DNA from: an uncultured Piscirickettsiaceae bacterium
Lineage (GTDB): Bacteria > Pseudomonadota > Gammaproteobacteria > GCF-002020875
Reading direction: 5' to 3'
DNA length: 59,567 bases
Assembly: GCA_964344435.1 (NCBI GenBank)
Contig: CAYFNH010000003.1
Coordinates: 1 to 59,567 of the forward strand
A program made the translations under genes and the position numbers. The notes beneath the pieces are model-generated. The model made no database searches and was not told where the DNA came from. It saw nothing but the letters and a program-made list of their open reading frames with translations. Below, piece after piece: positions 34,404 to 46,487 of the stretch (position 1 is its first letter; each line of letters starts with the position of its first letter).

Positions 34404-37334
34404 CTACACGCCCATGCTGAGCCGTTTACGTACCTGATCGAACTCTTTTTGCAGTGCGCCGATCTGTTCCAGCACCTGGTTCAGACGCTGCTCCCTGACT
34501 GCAAACTCCAGCTCTCTGGCCATCTCTGAAAGATGGGTCGCGCCCGCATTGAGGCTGGATGATTTGATGCTGTGCGCATTGCGCTGCAAGGTCTCAAGAT
34601 CATTCGACTCCCGGGCCTGATAAAGCCCATCGAGTGACTCCTGGGTTCCCAATAGATAGGCCTCGATAAATTCATCAAAGTCCTCTCCCAGATTGTCTCG
34701 CATCATCGAGAGCTGCGCTTCATCCACCGGGCCATGCCCCTGCTGCAGAGAGGATGGCTCCACAATGTTGGTATCCACTTCAGCCCCTGCCGCAGCAGAC
34801 TTCGTCAGATATTTTTCCAGCACACCGAGGATATCGCTACGCTTGAAGGGCTTGACCACAAATCCGTCCATACCGGCTTGCGCCGTCTCCTCACGTGTCT
34901 TCGGTACCACATCTGCAGTCAGCGCAATGATCGGCGTATGTCGATCCCCGGACTGCTCCTGCTGGCGGATGATGCGACTGGCCACCAACCCATCCATCTC
35001 CGGCATTCGAAGATCCATGAAGATCAGATCAAAATGGCTACTTTCATACTGTGCAACGGCCTCTTTGCCACTGTTGGCAATTTCCACCTCGAGCCCGAGT
35101 TTAGTCAACAGAGTACGAATCACCACCACATTTGCCGGGGTATCCTCTGCAACCAGAACTCTCCCTCTAAACTCTTGATCTTGTGGTTGAACAGTAGATA
35201 GTTTACCCGTTGGTGAAAAATGCTCCATCAACAGGTGACGGGTAACAAAAGGAGCCTGTGGTCTGTTGATCCCCCCCATCACACTGGTCAGAAAATAGAA
35301 CAGCATCTCTCTACTGACCGGCTTGACCAGATAACCAGCGGCGCCGGCCTTCCTGAACGTGTCACCATCCCCCCGATGCCCCGAAGAGGTCACCACCACG
35401 ACCGCAGGGGAGATATCGTGTGCCTGCTTGATCGCTCTGGTAAATTGCAGGCCATCCATCTTTGGCATGTTCTGATCCGAGAGAACAATATCAACAGGTC
35501 TCCCAATACGACTCTTGTCCCGCATCAGTGCAAGGGCGCTGATCGCGTCATCTGCCGTATCTACCTGCATGCCAAAGGATTCCAGCTGCCGCTTGAACAC
35601 GGTTCGGTTGGGCTCATAGTCATCGACCACCAGAATGCGCACCTGACCCAACTCGGCATAGGGAAGCTCTCTGGGCTTCTCTGCAACCTGTAGAGGGATC
35701 GTAAAGAAGAAGGTAGAGCCTTGCCCGGCACTACTCTCCACACCAATTTCACCACCAAACAGATTGACCAACCGTTTACTGATCGCCAACCCCAGGCCGG
35801 TACCACCATACTCCCGTGTGGTACTGTTATCGGCTTGTGAAAAGACCTGAAACAGGTTTTGCTGCTGTTCTTCGGTAATCCCGATTCCGGTATCCTCAAC
35901 CGAGAAATGGAGGAAATCCTGCTGGTGCTGCACACGCAGTAGAACATGTCCCTCCTGGGTAAACTTGATCGCATTGCCCATCAAATTGACCAAAATCTGC
36001 CTCAGACGTCCCGGATCGCTGGTCACGAACTGTGGACACTCTGGCGCGTAATCGACGATCAGTTTGATCGCACGGAGCTGTGCTTTCAGATCCAGTAGTG
36101 CAACCACATCATTGACCAGGTGCTCCAGATCAAAATCGATCATCTCCAACTCCATGCGGTTGGACTCAACCTTGGAGTAGTCGAGGATATCATTGATCAA
36201 CGTGAGTAGTGCTTCACTGGATGACTGGACAATTTCAGCAAACTCCTGCTGTTCAGCAGTCAATTCGGTATTTTTCAACAGTAGATCCGTCATCCCCTGA
36301 ATCGCATTCATTGGGGTACGTATTTCATGGCTCATGGTTGCTAGAAAGGCACTTTTCGAGTGTGATGCCTCTTCTGCCCGCTGCTTGGCAATCAACAGCG
36401 CCTCTTCAATCCGTTTGCGTTCGGTGATATCGACAAAGGTTTCCAGCAACAGCTTTTTGCCGGAGATATCCGTTATTGGCTGAGAAGATCTCAGCACGGG
36501 CAATTGTGCCCCACTCTTCAGCAGCAGCTCCGTTTCAGAGATTCCTCCCGTACCTGCTGCATGGTAGCGCTCGGCAGCTCCCTCCCGATCCAGAGAGATC
36601 AGGCCATAGCTCTGCCCCACCACCTCGCTCTCGCTGCGCTGAACCATCTCCAAACCAGCCTGATTGATATGGCGAATCACCCCCGATTGATCCGTCAGCG
36701 TCACCCCAAATGGTAGTGCTTCCAGAATGATGGAGGTCGATTGCAGCGAGTGGTTGATAATCTTGTAAATGTAGTAGGCTGCTACGACGATCATCAGCAG
36801 CGAAAAGAGAATGATCAACTCCATCCAGAACACCCGGCTCTTCACTGCACTGACATTCTTCTGGTTGATGGTGGCAACCACTCTCAACGCACTGTCCAAT
36901 CCCTCTTTATAGCGCTGCTTCAGCTGCTTGTACTCCTTGCTGAACAGGATCGACTGCGCCTCTTCAAACTGACTTTTACGACTGAATTCGAAGGATGCCT
37001 CCTCCATCGCGATCAACTTCTGGTTGGCATCATCCACCTGCTCCAGAGGGGCGGTAATCTCGGGAATCAATGCAATCGCCGAGTTGATGGCATCATCCAG
37101 CGGCCGGGTATGCTCATAGTAGCGCTTGATCCAGTGCAGGCTATCCTGCACCGCTGCCATTCTGGCTGACATGGTCAGCACCTCATCGTAATACTTGATC
37201 TGCTCTGCCAGGCGAGTGATCTCTCTAATATCATTCAGCTCTTGCTGACTTGAGTCGACCCCCTCGATAGAGTAGATCGCCGCAAGAAAACCAACCAGGA
37301 TCAGGCTGGCAAGAGTCAGGATTTTAGCCTTCAC
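34404..37334 (-). CDS. Hybrid sensor histidine kinase (periplasmic helical sensor, PAS, HisKA, HATPase, two REC, Hpt)
   Basis: Two TMs; FLATMSHEIRTP; NLMGNAIKFT; DTGIG; GGTGLGL; two receiver domains; AHSIKSSS Hpt motif. Confidence 0.93.
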   Translation of the reverse strand: MKAKILTLASLILVGFLAAIYSIEGVDSSQQELNDIREITRLAEQIKYYDEVLTMSARMAAVQDSLHWIKRYYEHTRPLDDAINSAIALIPEITAPLEQVDDANQKLIAMEEASFEFSRKSQFEEAQSILFSKEYKQLKQRYKEGLDSALRVVATINQKNVSAVKSRVFWMELIILFSLLMIVVAAYYIYKIINHSLQSTSIILEALPFGVTLTDQSGVIRHINQAGLEMVQRSESEVVGQSYGLISLDREGAAERYHAAGTGGISETELLLKSGAQLPVLRSSQPITDISGKKLLLETFVDITERKRIEEALLIAKQRAEEASHSKSAFLATMSHEIRTPMNAIQGMTDLLLKNTELTAEQQEFAEIVQSSSEALLTLINDILDYSKVESNRMELEMIDFDLEHLVNDVVALLDLKAQLRAIKLIVDYAPECPQFVTSDPGRLRQILVNLMGNAIKFTQEGHVLLRVQHQQDFLHFSVEDTGIGITEEQQQNLFQVFSQADNSTTREYGGTGLGLAISKRLVNLFGGEIGVESSAGQGSTFFFTIPLQVAEKPRELPYAELGQVRILVVDDYEPNRTVFKRQLESFGMQVDTADDAISALALMRDKSRIGRPVDIVLSDQNMPKMDGLQFTRAIKQAHDISPAVVVVTSSGHRGDGDTFRKAGAAGYLVKPVSREMLFYFLTSVMGGINRPQAPFVTRHLLMEHFSPTGKLSTVQPQDQEFRGRVLVAEDTPANVVVIRTLLTKLGLEVEIANSGKEAVAQYESSHFDLIFMDLRMPEMDGLVASRIIRQQEQSGDRHTPIIALTADVVPKTREETAQAGMDGFVVKPFKRSDILGVLEKYLTKSAAAGAEVDTNIVEPSSLQQGHGPVDEAQLSMMRDNLGEDFDEFIEAYLLGTQESLDGLYQARESNDLETLQRNAHSIKSSSLNAGATHLSEMARELEFAVREQRLNQVLEQIGALQKEFDQVRKRLSMGV

Positions 37335-37427
37335 GTTTACGCCTCCTACAAACGAACCGCTGACTCACTAACTCATATTCTCCACCGGAAAGATACGGGG
37401 GACGATAGTTCGTATCCAGGCAGGATG

Positions 37428-39357
<1,930 letters not shown>

Positions 39358-39418
39358 AATCGAAGGTGTGCACTATATCATAGCCACCCAGTATGGAATT
39401 TAGAGTGGGAGAAGAAAT

Positions 39419-40072
39419 ATGAATCTGGATCAGGCACGCTTCAACATGGTCGAACAGCAGATCCGCCCGTGGGACGTGATGGACTCACGGGTACTGGACG
39501 CCATTAGCGCAACCCCGCGCCACCACTTTGTAGCCGAGAGCCAGCATGCACTCGGCTATATGGATATTGCACTCCCAATCGGCGAGGGGCAGAGAATGAT
39601 GGAGCCGCGTCTGGAAGCACGAATGGTGCAGGCACTGAACCTGCAAAAGAGCGAGACCGTGCTGGAAGTTGGAACTGGCAGTGGATACGTCACCACCCTG
39701 CTCTGCCGACTGGGGGCCTCTGTACGCAGTATCGAACTGTTTGACTCACTGACCGAGCAGGCCAAGACACGTCTGACCGCCGAGAAGATCGGCAACTCCA
39801 TTCTGGAGAGTGGAGATGCGCTCTCCCCACAGTGGAACCCGGGAGGGCACTACGACGTGGTGGTACTGACTGGAGCACTCGGTGCAGTGCCGTCGCACAT
39901 TCTGGAACTGATCAATGAAGGAGGGCGGCTGTTTGCCTTCATCACTCAACAGGGGGTAACCAGTGCCACCCTGATGACCCGTATCGAGGGGGAGAGCTGG
40001 GTGACTGAATCTCTGTTTGAGACCGCAGTGGAACCCCTGGTGACGGTGGTCGGCTCCGACTTCCAGTTTTAG
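39419..40072 (+). CDS. pcm: Protein-L-isoaspartate O-methyltransferase family
   Basis: ARFNMVEQQIRPWDV, VLEVGTGSGY, YDVVVLTG. Confidence 0.88.
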   Translation: MNLDQARFNMVEQQIRPWDVMDSRVLDAISATPRHHFVAESQHALGYMDIALPIGEGQRMMEPRLEARMVQALNLQKSETVLEVGTGSGYVTTLLCRLGASVRSIELFDSLTEQAKTRLTAEKIGNSILESGDALSPQWNPGGHYDVVVLTGALGAVPSHILELINEGGRLFAFITQQGVTSATLMTRIEGESWVTESLFETAVEPLVTVVGSDFQF

Positions 40073-40112
40073 CCTGTAACACCACAACGCACCCACTCTG
40101 GTCATCCCCTCC

Positions 40113-41261
40113 ATGCCCGATACGATTCCACAAAACAGCGTTGGCCTGGTCACTCCCGAGAGCCTACACTTTGACCAGCCTCTGCAGTTGAGCTGTGGCG
40201 TCACACTGCCCGAATACGATCTCACCATCGAGACCTATGGCAAGCTCAATGAGCACAAGAATAATGCGGTGCTGGTCTGCCACGCGCTCTCCGGCAACCA
40301 CCATCTTGCCGGGTACCACAGTGAGAGCGACCGTAAACCAGGCTGGTGGGAGACCGCAATCGGTCCCGGCAAGGCCATTGATACCAACCGTTTTTTCGTG
40401 GTCGGTCTCAACAATCTGGGAGGGTGTGATGGATCTACCGGGCCAACCACCCTCAATCCTGAAACCGGCAAACTGTACGGCCCAGACTTCCCGCTGGTTA
40501 CGGTCGAGGACTGGGTGGAGAGTCAGGCTCGCTTGGCAGACCAACTGGGCATTGAGCAGTGGGCAGCCGTGGTCGGGGGCAGCCTGGGAGGGATGCAGGC
40601 ACTGCAGTGGTCCATCAGCTATCCACAGCGGGTACGCCATGTCATGGTGATTGCCGCTGCCCCCAAACTGACGGCCCAGAATATCGCCTTCAACGAAGTG
40701 GCTCGCCAGGCGATCCGCACCGACCCCGAGTTTCACGAGGGCAACTATGGAGAGGAGGGTGTTCTGCCAGAGCGGGGGCTCAAGCTGGCACGGATGCTGG
40801 GACATATCACCTACCTCTCTGACGAGGCCATGGGGAAGAAGTTTGGCCGAGAACTGCGCGAAGGGGAGATCCAATACAGCTTCGATGTGGAGTTTCAGGT
40901 AGAGAGTTATCTGCGCTATCAGGCGGAATCCTTTGTCGGCAAATTCGACGCCAATACCTACCTGCGGATGACCAAGGCGCTGGACTACTTTGACCCGGCC
41001 GCCAAACATGCAGGAGACCTCTCTGCCGCACTACACAAGGTAGAGGCAGACTTCTGTGTCATCTCCTTCACCAGTGACTGGCGCTTCTCGCCCGCCCGCT
41101 CCAAGGAGCTGGTTCGTGCGCTACTCGATAACGACTTGCGGGTCAATTATGCCGAGGTGGAGGCCAATCAGGGCCATGATGCCTTCCTGATGGCGATCCC
41201 CCACTACCTCAACGTATTTGGCGCCTACATGAACCGGGTTGCCAACGAAGGAGGATTCTGA
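40113..41261 (+). CDS. metX: Homoserine O-acyltransferase (acetyl or succinyl)
   Basis: [29 protein letters not shown]. Confidence 0.95.
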   Translation: MPDTIPQNSVGLVTPESLHFDQPLQLSCGVTLPEYDLTIETYGKLNEHKNNAVLVCHALSGNHHLAGYHSESDRKPGWWETAIGPGKAIDTNRFFVVGLNNLGGCDGSTGPTTLNPETGKLYGPDFPLVTVEDWVESQARLADQLGIEQWAAVVGGSLGGMQALQWSISYPQRVRHVMVIAAAPKLTAQNIAFNEVARQAIRTDPEFHEGNYGEEGVLPERGLKLARMLGHITYLSDEAMGKKFGRELREGEIQYSFDVEFQVESYLRYQAESFVGKFDANTYLRMTKALDYFDPAAKHAGDLSAALHKVEADFCVISFTSDWRFSPARSKELVRALLDNDLRVNYAEVEANQGHDAFLMAIPHYLNVFGAYMNRVANEGGF

Positions 41262-41875
41262 TGACGCTACGGGCCGATCAGGAGATCATCTGTGAATGGA
41301 TTCAGCCCAATACCCGAATCCTCGACCTCGGTTGTGGCGATGGCACCCTGCTACGCCACCTCAACCAGCACCACAACACCACCGGTTATGGACTTGAGCT
41401 CGACGATAGCAACGTCCTCACCTGTCTGGAGAATGGCATCGATGTAATCCAGTCCGATCTTGACCAGGGCCTGAGCCAATACTTCGATGATGACTCTTTC
41501 GACTACGTGATCATGAGTCTGACCCTGCAGGCGATGAACTTTCCCGACCGCATGCTGGACGAAATGCTGCGGGTCGGCAAGCAGGGTATCATCACCTTTC
41601 CCAACTTCGGGCACTGGCGCAACCGGCTTCAGCTGGCCCTTGGCGGCAAGATGCCGGTTACCCAGGCGCTACCCAACTACTGGTATAACACCCCAAACAT
41701 CCACCTCTGTACTGTGCATGACTTCGAGACCCTCTGTTCACAGAAAGGGATCCGTATCCTCGAACGCAGCGTGGTCGATCGCGAACACCGAGAACCGGCC
41801 CTGCTGAAGCTGGCCCCCAACCTGCTGGGGGAGATTGCGCTGTACCGTTTTGAACGCCTCCCCTACCACACCTGA
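41261..41875 (+). CDS. metW: Methionine biosynthesis protein MetW
   Basis: ILDLGCGDG, FPNFGHW, WYNTPNIH. Confidence 0.94.
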   Translation: MTLRADQEIICEWIQPNTRILDLGCGDGTLLRHLNQHHNTTGYGLELDDSNVLTCLENGIDVIQSDLDQGLSQYFDDDSFDYVIMSLTLQAMNFPDRMLDEMLRVGKQGIITFPNFGHWRNRLQLALGGKMPVTQALPNYWYNTPNIHLCTVHDFETLCSQKGIRILERSVVDREHREPALLKLAPNLLGEIALYRFERLPYHT

Positions 41876-41891
41876 CTGGAGTGAACCAACG

Positions 41892-42326
41892 ATGAGAACA
41901 ACCGCTCTGCTCCTCTCACTGCTGATGCTGCCACTGGTAGCGGCGGCAGAACGCTCACAGACCTTCGGGGATTACATTGTTCACTACAACGCCTTCCGCT
42001 CTGACACCATACCGCCAGAGGTGGCCCGTCTGCACAGCATCGTCCGCAGTGACCATCGTGGCCTGGCCAACATTACCGTTTTGAAGCGCCTGCCCGACAG
42101 CTCAACCCGGCCGGTGGCAGCAGAAGTTTGGGGGAGCTATCGCAACCTGGCCGACCAGCATAGCGAGATGCGCTTTTTCCCGGTCAAGGAGCAGCAGACC
42201 ATCTACTATCTGGATCAGTTCCGCATCAACGACCACGATACACTGCGCTTTACCATCCACATCAGACCCGAAGGCGGTGATCCGCACCACACCGTAGAAT
42301 TTGTGCAGCGCTTCTATACGGATTAG
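41892..42326 (+). CDS. DUF4426-family exported protein
   Basis: Signal peptide, FGDYIVHYNAF.SD...PEVA, EQQTIYYL; follows metW; start placed at ATG 41892. Confidence 0.75.
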   Translation: MRTTALLLSLLMLPLVAAAERSQTFGDYIVHYNAFRSDTIPPEVARLHSIVRSDHRGLANITVLKRLPDSSTRPVAAEVWGSYRNLADQHSEMRFFPVKEQQTIYYLDQFRINDHDTLRFTIHIRPEGGDPHHTVEFVQRFYTD

Positions 42327-42370
42327 GGCTCCTGACGCCCTCTTGGCATAAAGCATAAGTCCGTGTAGTC

Positions 42371-42451
42371 CCCTCCTCCTATCAGGGGGAGGGTTAAGTG
42401 CATGATTATACATATCACCCCCATCCCTACCTTCCCCCTCAAGGGGGAAGG
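42371..42451. repeat. Two REP-like palindromes (CCCTCCTCCT-ATC-AGGGGGAGGG and CCTTCCCCCT-CA-AGGGGGAAGG) between convergent genes
   Basis: 10-bp stems; the second is preceded by ACCCCCATCCCTA, like the copy at 10731. Confidence 0.7.
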
Positions 42452-42514
42452 CGCTACCGTTTGCATGTTGAGAAGTTGCTGCGATCAGCGAGAACCAATT
42501 TTAAATTATTGATA

Positions 42515-43900
42515 CTAAAATAGTTTTTTCAGAAATTTATCAAGCTGCTGCCTGGAGTCGTTGCCACCCCCCTCTTGTCTGGAGGGTTGCCCCATCAGCT
42601 GCTGCAGCTTGTTGCCAACCTTCTCTTTCAGCTTCTGCTCCAGCCCCCGCTTGAGTATCTCCTCCAGGTCAACATTGGGTTCGGGGTGCGTCAGAGTCCC
42701 TCTGATCTCGACCGGGAAGGAGCGCCCCGCCAGATCTCCCAGTAGTCGCTGCTGTTCTGCGGTCAAGCTCTCGTTGACCTTGGCAACCATGCGGTAGTCG
42801 ATCTTTTGAGTGGCAAGCTCCAGCCATCCACTCCCGCTCAGCACCATGCCGCCACTCTCCATTTTCATGTCACGGCTATTGATCCGCCCCTGCTCTATCC
42901 GGATCGATGCCTGCAGATCACGGAATGGAGTCTCTTTCGGTTCGCGGCTGGGAGGAACCGGCTTACCCTGAATCAGGGCCCGTGCCTGCGCGATAGATTC
43001 GGTGAGATTGATGCCGACCAGCACCCCCTCGGTCACTGCAATCGATGCATCTCCATTGAGCTGTTCCAGCAGTATTTTTGGATCTGTACCGGATGAAGAG
43101 AATTTTCCACTCAGCTCCAGTCGACCACGCAGCACATCAAGCTCGGCAACCGCCTGTAGCAGCGGGGCCAATGCCACTCCCTGCAAGGTCTCCTCCACCA
43201 CAACCTGTGGGGTATCGGTACGCACATCGGCCTGCATGGTCCCCTGATAGCCGCCCTGGTAGAGGGCCGCATCCATCGGCCCCACGCTAATGACACCGTC
43301 TTTGGCATGGAAGCGGGTGGCAACCTTGGTAACCTCAGCACCGGCCACCCGCAGCACTCCAATCTTGATCTCCCCCTCCAGGTCCAGTTCACGTAGCGGC
43401 TGTAGCGGTAACTGCACGATACCGGCTGCGGAACCGGCCACCGGATCGGCCACCTCCTGCCCGGCCGACTTGGGGAGATAACGATCCAGATCGAGCTGCT
43501 CCCCTTCCAGCATAAAGCGAACCACTCCGGCACTGCCTCTGGGCTGCAGTGCAACACTACCGACCCAGCGGGCCCCATCAACCACTGCCTCGAAGTGGGT
43601 TACCTCCAGCTTTTTACTCAGCAGCGGTGCCCATGCCAGCTTCAGTTCCAGCGCATTGACCTCGACCGGTTGCAGGGTCGCCCCCTCCAGCACCACTCCA
43701 TCCAGCATCAGCTCCGGCTGGGGAAGCAGTGACACCTGCAGTGGCTGCTGGATCTGCAGATTGTACCCCTGCGCGGCCGCTTGACGACGGATCTCCTCCC
43801 GTAGTGCGGCCTCATCAAACAGAAATGCTTTCCAGCCCAGCACCACAAGAACCAGAATCGCTACAACGGCACCAACCCCTTTCAGTATCATACCCACCAT
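42515..43900 (-). CDS. AsmA-family protein (compact)
   Basis: N-terminal TM, LDLDRYLP, LYQGGYQG, TPFRDLQASIRIEQG, PVEIRGTL..P. Confidence 0.82.
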   Translation of the reverse strand: MVGMILKGVGAVVAILVLVVLGWKAFLFDEAALREEIRRQAAAQGYNLQIQQPLQVSLLPQPELMLDGVVLEGATLQPVEVNALELKLAWAPLLSKKLEVTHFEAVVDGARWVGSVALQPRGSAGVVRFMLEGEQLDLDRYLPKSAGQEVADPVAGSAAGIVQLPLQPLRELDLEGEIKIGVLRVAGAEVTKVATRFHAKDGVISVGPMDAALYQGGYQGTMQADVRTDTPQVVVEETLQGVALAPLLQAVAELDVLRGRLELSGKFSSSGTDPKILLEQLNGDASIAVTEGVLVGINLTESIAQARALIQGKPVPPSREPKETPFRDLQASIRIEQGRINSRDMKMESGGMVLSGSGWLELATQKIDYRMVAKVNESLTAEQQRLLGDLAGRSFPVEIRGTLTHPEPNVDLEEILKRGLEQKLKEKVGNKLQQLMGQPSRQEGGGNDSRQQLDKFLKKLF

Positions 43901-43947
43901 ACCACTCCTTCCATTTCATCCATCATCGTGCCCCACATACCATACCC

Positions 43948-44325
43948 ATGAAAACAAGACTGACACAAACACTCTATCTGCTGCTGGGGCTACTGTTTGT
44001 CATTTTGGGGGCCATCGGAGTGTTGCTGCCACTGCTCCCAACCACCCCCTTCATGATTCTTGCCCTGGCACTGTTTGCACGCAGCTCACCACGGTTTCAT
44101 GACTGGCTCTACCACCACCGCCTGTTTGGGCCACCACTGCAAGCGTGGGAACAGAACGGTTCAGTCTCGCCCCAGGTCAAGGGGGTTGCAATCCTCTTCA
44201 TGACCATCAGCTTCTTCACCATGGCCTCACTGCAGAGCGTTACCCTGCCGATGTTGTTGGTCGCTGGCGGGCTGATGCTCTATGGTGGCTGGTTTTTACT
44301 GAACCGACCCAACCCACCAGAGTGA
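43948..44325 (+). CDS. YbaN/DUF454 family membrane protein
   Basis: GAIGVLLPLLPTTPF..LA..LFARSSPRFH.WL. Confidence 0.88.
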   Translation: MKTRLTQTLYLLLGLLFVILGAIGVLLPLLPTTPFMILALALFARSSPRFHDWLYHHRLFGPPLQAWEQNGSVSPQVKGVAILFMTISFFTMASLQSVTLPMLLVAGGLMLYGGWFLLNRPNPPE

Positions 44326-44347
44326 ATAGACACCCTGAAATGCAGCG

Positions 44348-44833
44348 CTAAAAAGGAATATCATCATCCAGGTCATCCTTCATCGGGGGTTGGGGAGCCC
44401 CACCCTGCTGAGATTGCTGTGGTGGTTGCTGTGGCGGCTGCTGGCGAGGTTGCGCAGCCGGGGCACTCGCACCGCCGTAGTCTGCAGTGCCTCCACTACG
44501 CCCTCCCAGCATCTGCATCTCATTGGCAACGATCTCGGTGGTATATCGATCCATACCGTTTTGATCCTGCCATTTGCGAGTCTGCAATTTACCTTCGACG
44601 TAGACCTGTGATCCCTTTTTCAGATACTCGGAGACAATCTCGGCCAATCGGTTGAAAAAGACCACACGGTGCCACTCGGTACGATCCTGCTGTTCACCGG
44701 TATTGCGATCCTTCCAGCTCTCGGTGGTCGCCAGAGAGATATTGGCGATTGCCCGCCCATCTGCGGTGTACTTTACATCCGGATCATTGCCCAGATTACC
44801 CACCAGGATTACCTTGTTTATGCCTCTTGCCAT
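44348..44833 (-). CDS. ssb: Single-stranded DNA-binding protein
   Basis: [22 protein letters not shown]-terminal DDDIPF. Confidence 0.98.
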   Translation of the reverse strand: MARGINKVILVGNLGNDPDVKYTADGRAIANISLATTESWKDRNTGEQQDRTEWHRVVFFNRLAEIVSEYLKKGSQVYVEGKLQTRKWQDQNGMDRYTTEIVANEMQMLGGRSGGTADYGGASAPAAQPRQQPPQQPPQQSQQGGAPQPPMKDDLDDDIPF

Positions 44834-44901
44834 CGTTCTATTCCTTACTCCATTGCCTCAACGTAACTGCTCACCCCTACGGGGGGGAATTGCCAATCTT
44901 C

Positions 44902-46284
44902 TCACGCCAACTGGATTGCTTCCAGCGCCTTTTCATCCAACCGCTGTTCATCTACCTTGAGATAGGCAACATGCTCCTCCGCAATCACCACCGCCTCGGC
45001 CACACCAGCCACCTCTCTCAACTTTGACGCCAACAGCGCAGATTGGGTTGCATCCATATCCCCTGTTTTCAGTAGTCTTGTCTTGACCTGTTGCGGTCGC
45101 TGCATTCCCAGTGCAATCAACAGCCACAGTAGCGCCAGCCCCGTCGTAAACAGGAAAACCGGCCCAATTTCACTGCCACCACTTAAGCCAAGCAGGGCAC
45201 CACCGACTATGCCACCAACAAAGGCCCCGAAAAACTGTGAGCTGGAGTAGACCCCCATGGCCGTCCCTTTCTTGTCTGCCGGCGCCATCTTCGAGATCAG
45301 TGAGGGCAGCGTCGCCTCCAATAAATTGAATCCTCCAAAGAAGAGCACCATCAACAGAATGATCCCCCAAAGCGAATCGGAAAATTGCCACAACCCCACC
45401 TGGGCGAGTGCCACCAGGGTAATCGCCAACACAAAGACCTCCTTCAGCTTACCCCGCTTCTCCCCGATGATAATCATCGGAACCATGATGGCCACCGCCA
45501 CCACCATCACTCCCAGATAGACCATCCAGTGCTCGCTCACCGCCAGCCCTGCATCCCGCAGCCCGATCGGGACCACTACAAACATCGCGGTGAGTATCAG
45601 GTGAAGTGCAAAGATGCCAAAGTCGAGACGCAGCAACTGCGAATCCTTGAGGACATCCCCAAACTGTTTGGGGTCGGCCTCTGCATCGTGGTGCATGTGG
45701 CTGTGTACCGGGCTTGGCACCACCTTGAACAGCACTACCAGCCCCAGTAACGCCAACACACCGGTAATCCAGAAGATCCCGGAGACCCCGACCCAGCCGT
45801 TCAAAATCGGCCCCAGGATGATCGCCAACATGAACGAGAAACCGATACTCATACCGAAGGTGGCCATCGCCTTGGTACGCTGCTCCTCGCGGGTGAGGTC
45901 GGCCAATAGCGCCATCGCTGCCGCCGCAATCGCCCCGGCCCCCTGCAACGCACGCCCGGCAATCACCCACTCTATCGTGGTAGCCAGTGCAGCCACCACG
46001 CTGCCCGCTGCAAAAATCAGCAGCCCCATGGCAATCACCCGCTTGCGACCGATACGGTCAGAGAGCATGCCGAACGGTATCTGCAGCAGTGCCTGAGTCA
46101 ATCCATAGATACCCAGCGCCACCCCCATCAGTACCGGAGTTGCGCCCGTAAAGCTCTCTGCATAGAGCGAGAGTACCGGCAGCAGCATAAACAGCCCCAG
46201 CATTCGTAGCGCAAAGATCCCTGCCAAAGAGCTAGCCGCCCTGCGCTCTACCGACAACATCCCCGCTGTCTCCTCTCTATTCAT
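44902..46284 (-). CDS. YajR-like MFS transporter
   Basis: LRMLGLFM.LPV, SDRIGRK, NLLEATLPSL, C-terminal YAM domain AYLKVD. Confidence 0.9.
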   Translation of the reverse strand: MNREETAGMLSVERRAASSLAGIFALRMLGLFMLLPVLSLYAESFTGATPVLMGVALGIYGLTQALLQIPFGMLSDRIGRKRVIAMGLLIFAAGSVVAALATTIEWVIAGRALQGAGAIAAAAMALLADLTREEQRTKAMATFGMSIGFSFMLAIILGPILNGWVGVSGIFWITGVLALLGLVVLFKVVPSPVHSHMHHDAEADPKQFGDVLKDSQLLRLDFGIFALHLILTAMFVVVPIGLRDAGLAVSEHWMVYLGVMVVAVAIMVPMIIIGEKRGKLKEVFVLAITLVALAQVGLWQFSDSLWGIILLMVLFFGGFNLLEATLPSLISKMAPADKKGTAMGVYSSSQFFGAFVGGIVGGALLGLSGGSEIGPVFLFTTGLALLWLLIALGMQRPQQVKTRLLKTGDMDATQSALLASKLREVAGVAEAVVIAEEHVAYLKVDEQRLDEKALEAIQLA

Positions 46285-46487
46285 GCCTTACCTCAAAATG
46301 GTTGCCCTGTACTACTGAAGCCGTAACTGCTCAGCAGAAAAGTCGAGCTATTTTATCAGGTTTTAGTGCAAATATTTCATCCCTGAATCAGCTATAAATC
46401 GTCTCGAATGCATGGGCAGCCCTGATCTGTGGCCACACTCCGTTGTAAAATGGCTCTCTCATTCCAACCAATACAGCCCTCTCTTCC

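Noticed and set aside
44868-44890. Another REP-like palindrome between ssb and the MFS gene (TCACCCC-TAC-GGGGGGGA)
   Set aside because: The stem is short and mismatched, so family membership cannot be supported.
46285-46487. LexA (SOS) box upstream of uvrA
   Set aside because: No CTGT-N8-ACAG match was found by eye.
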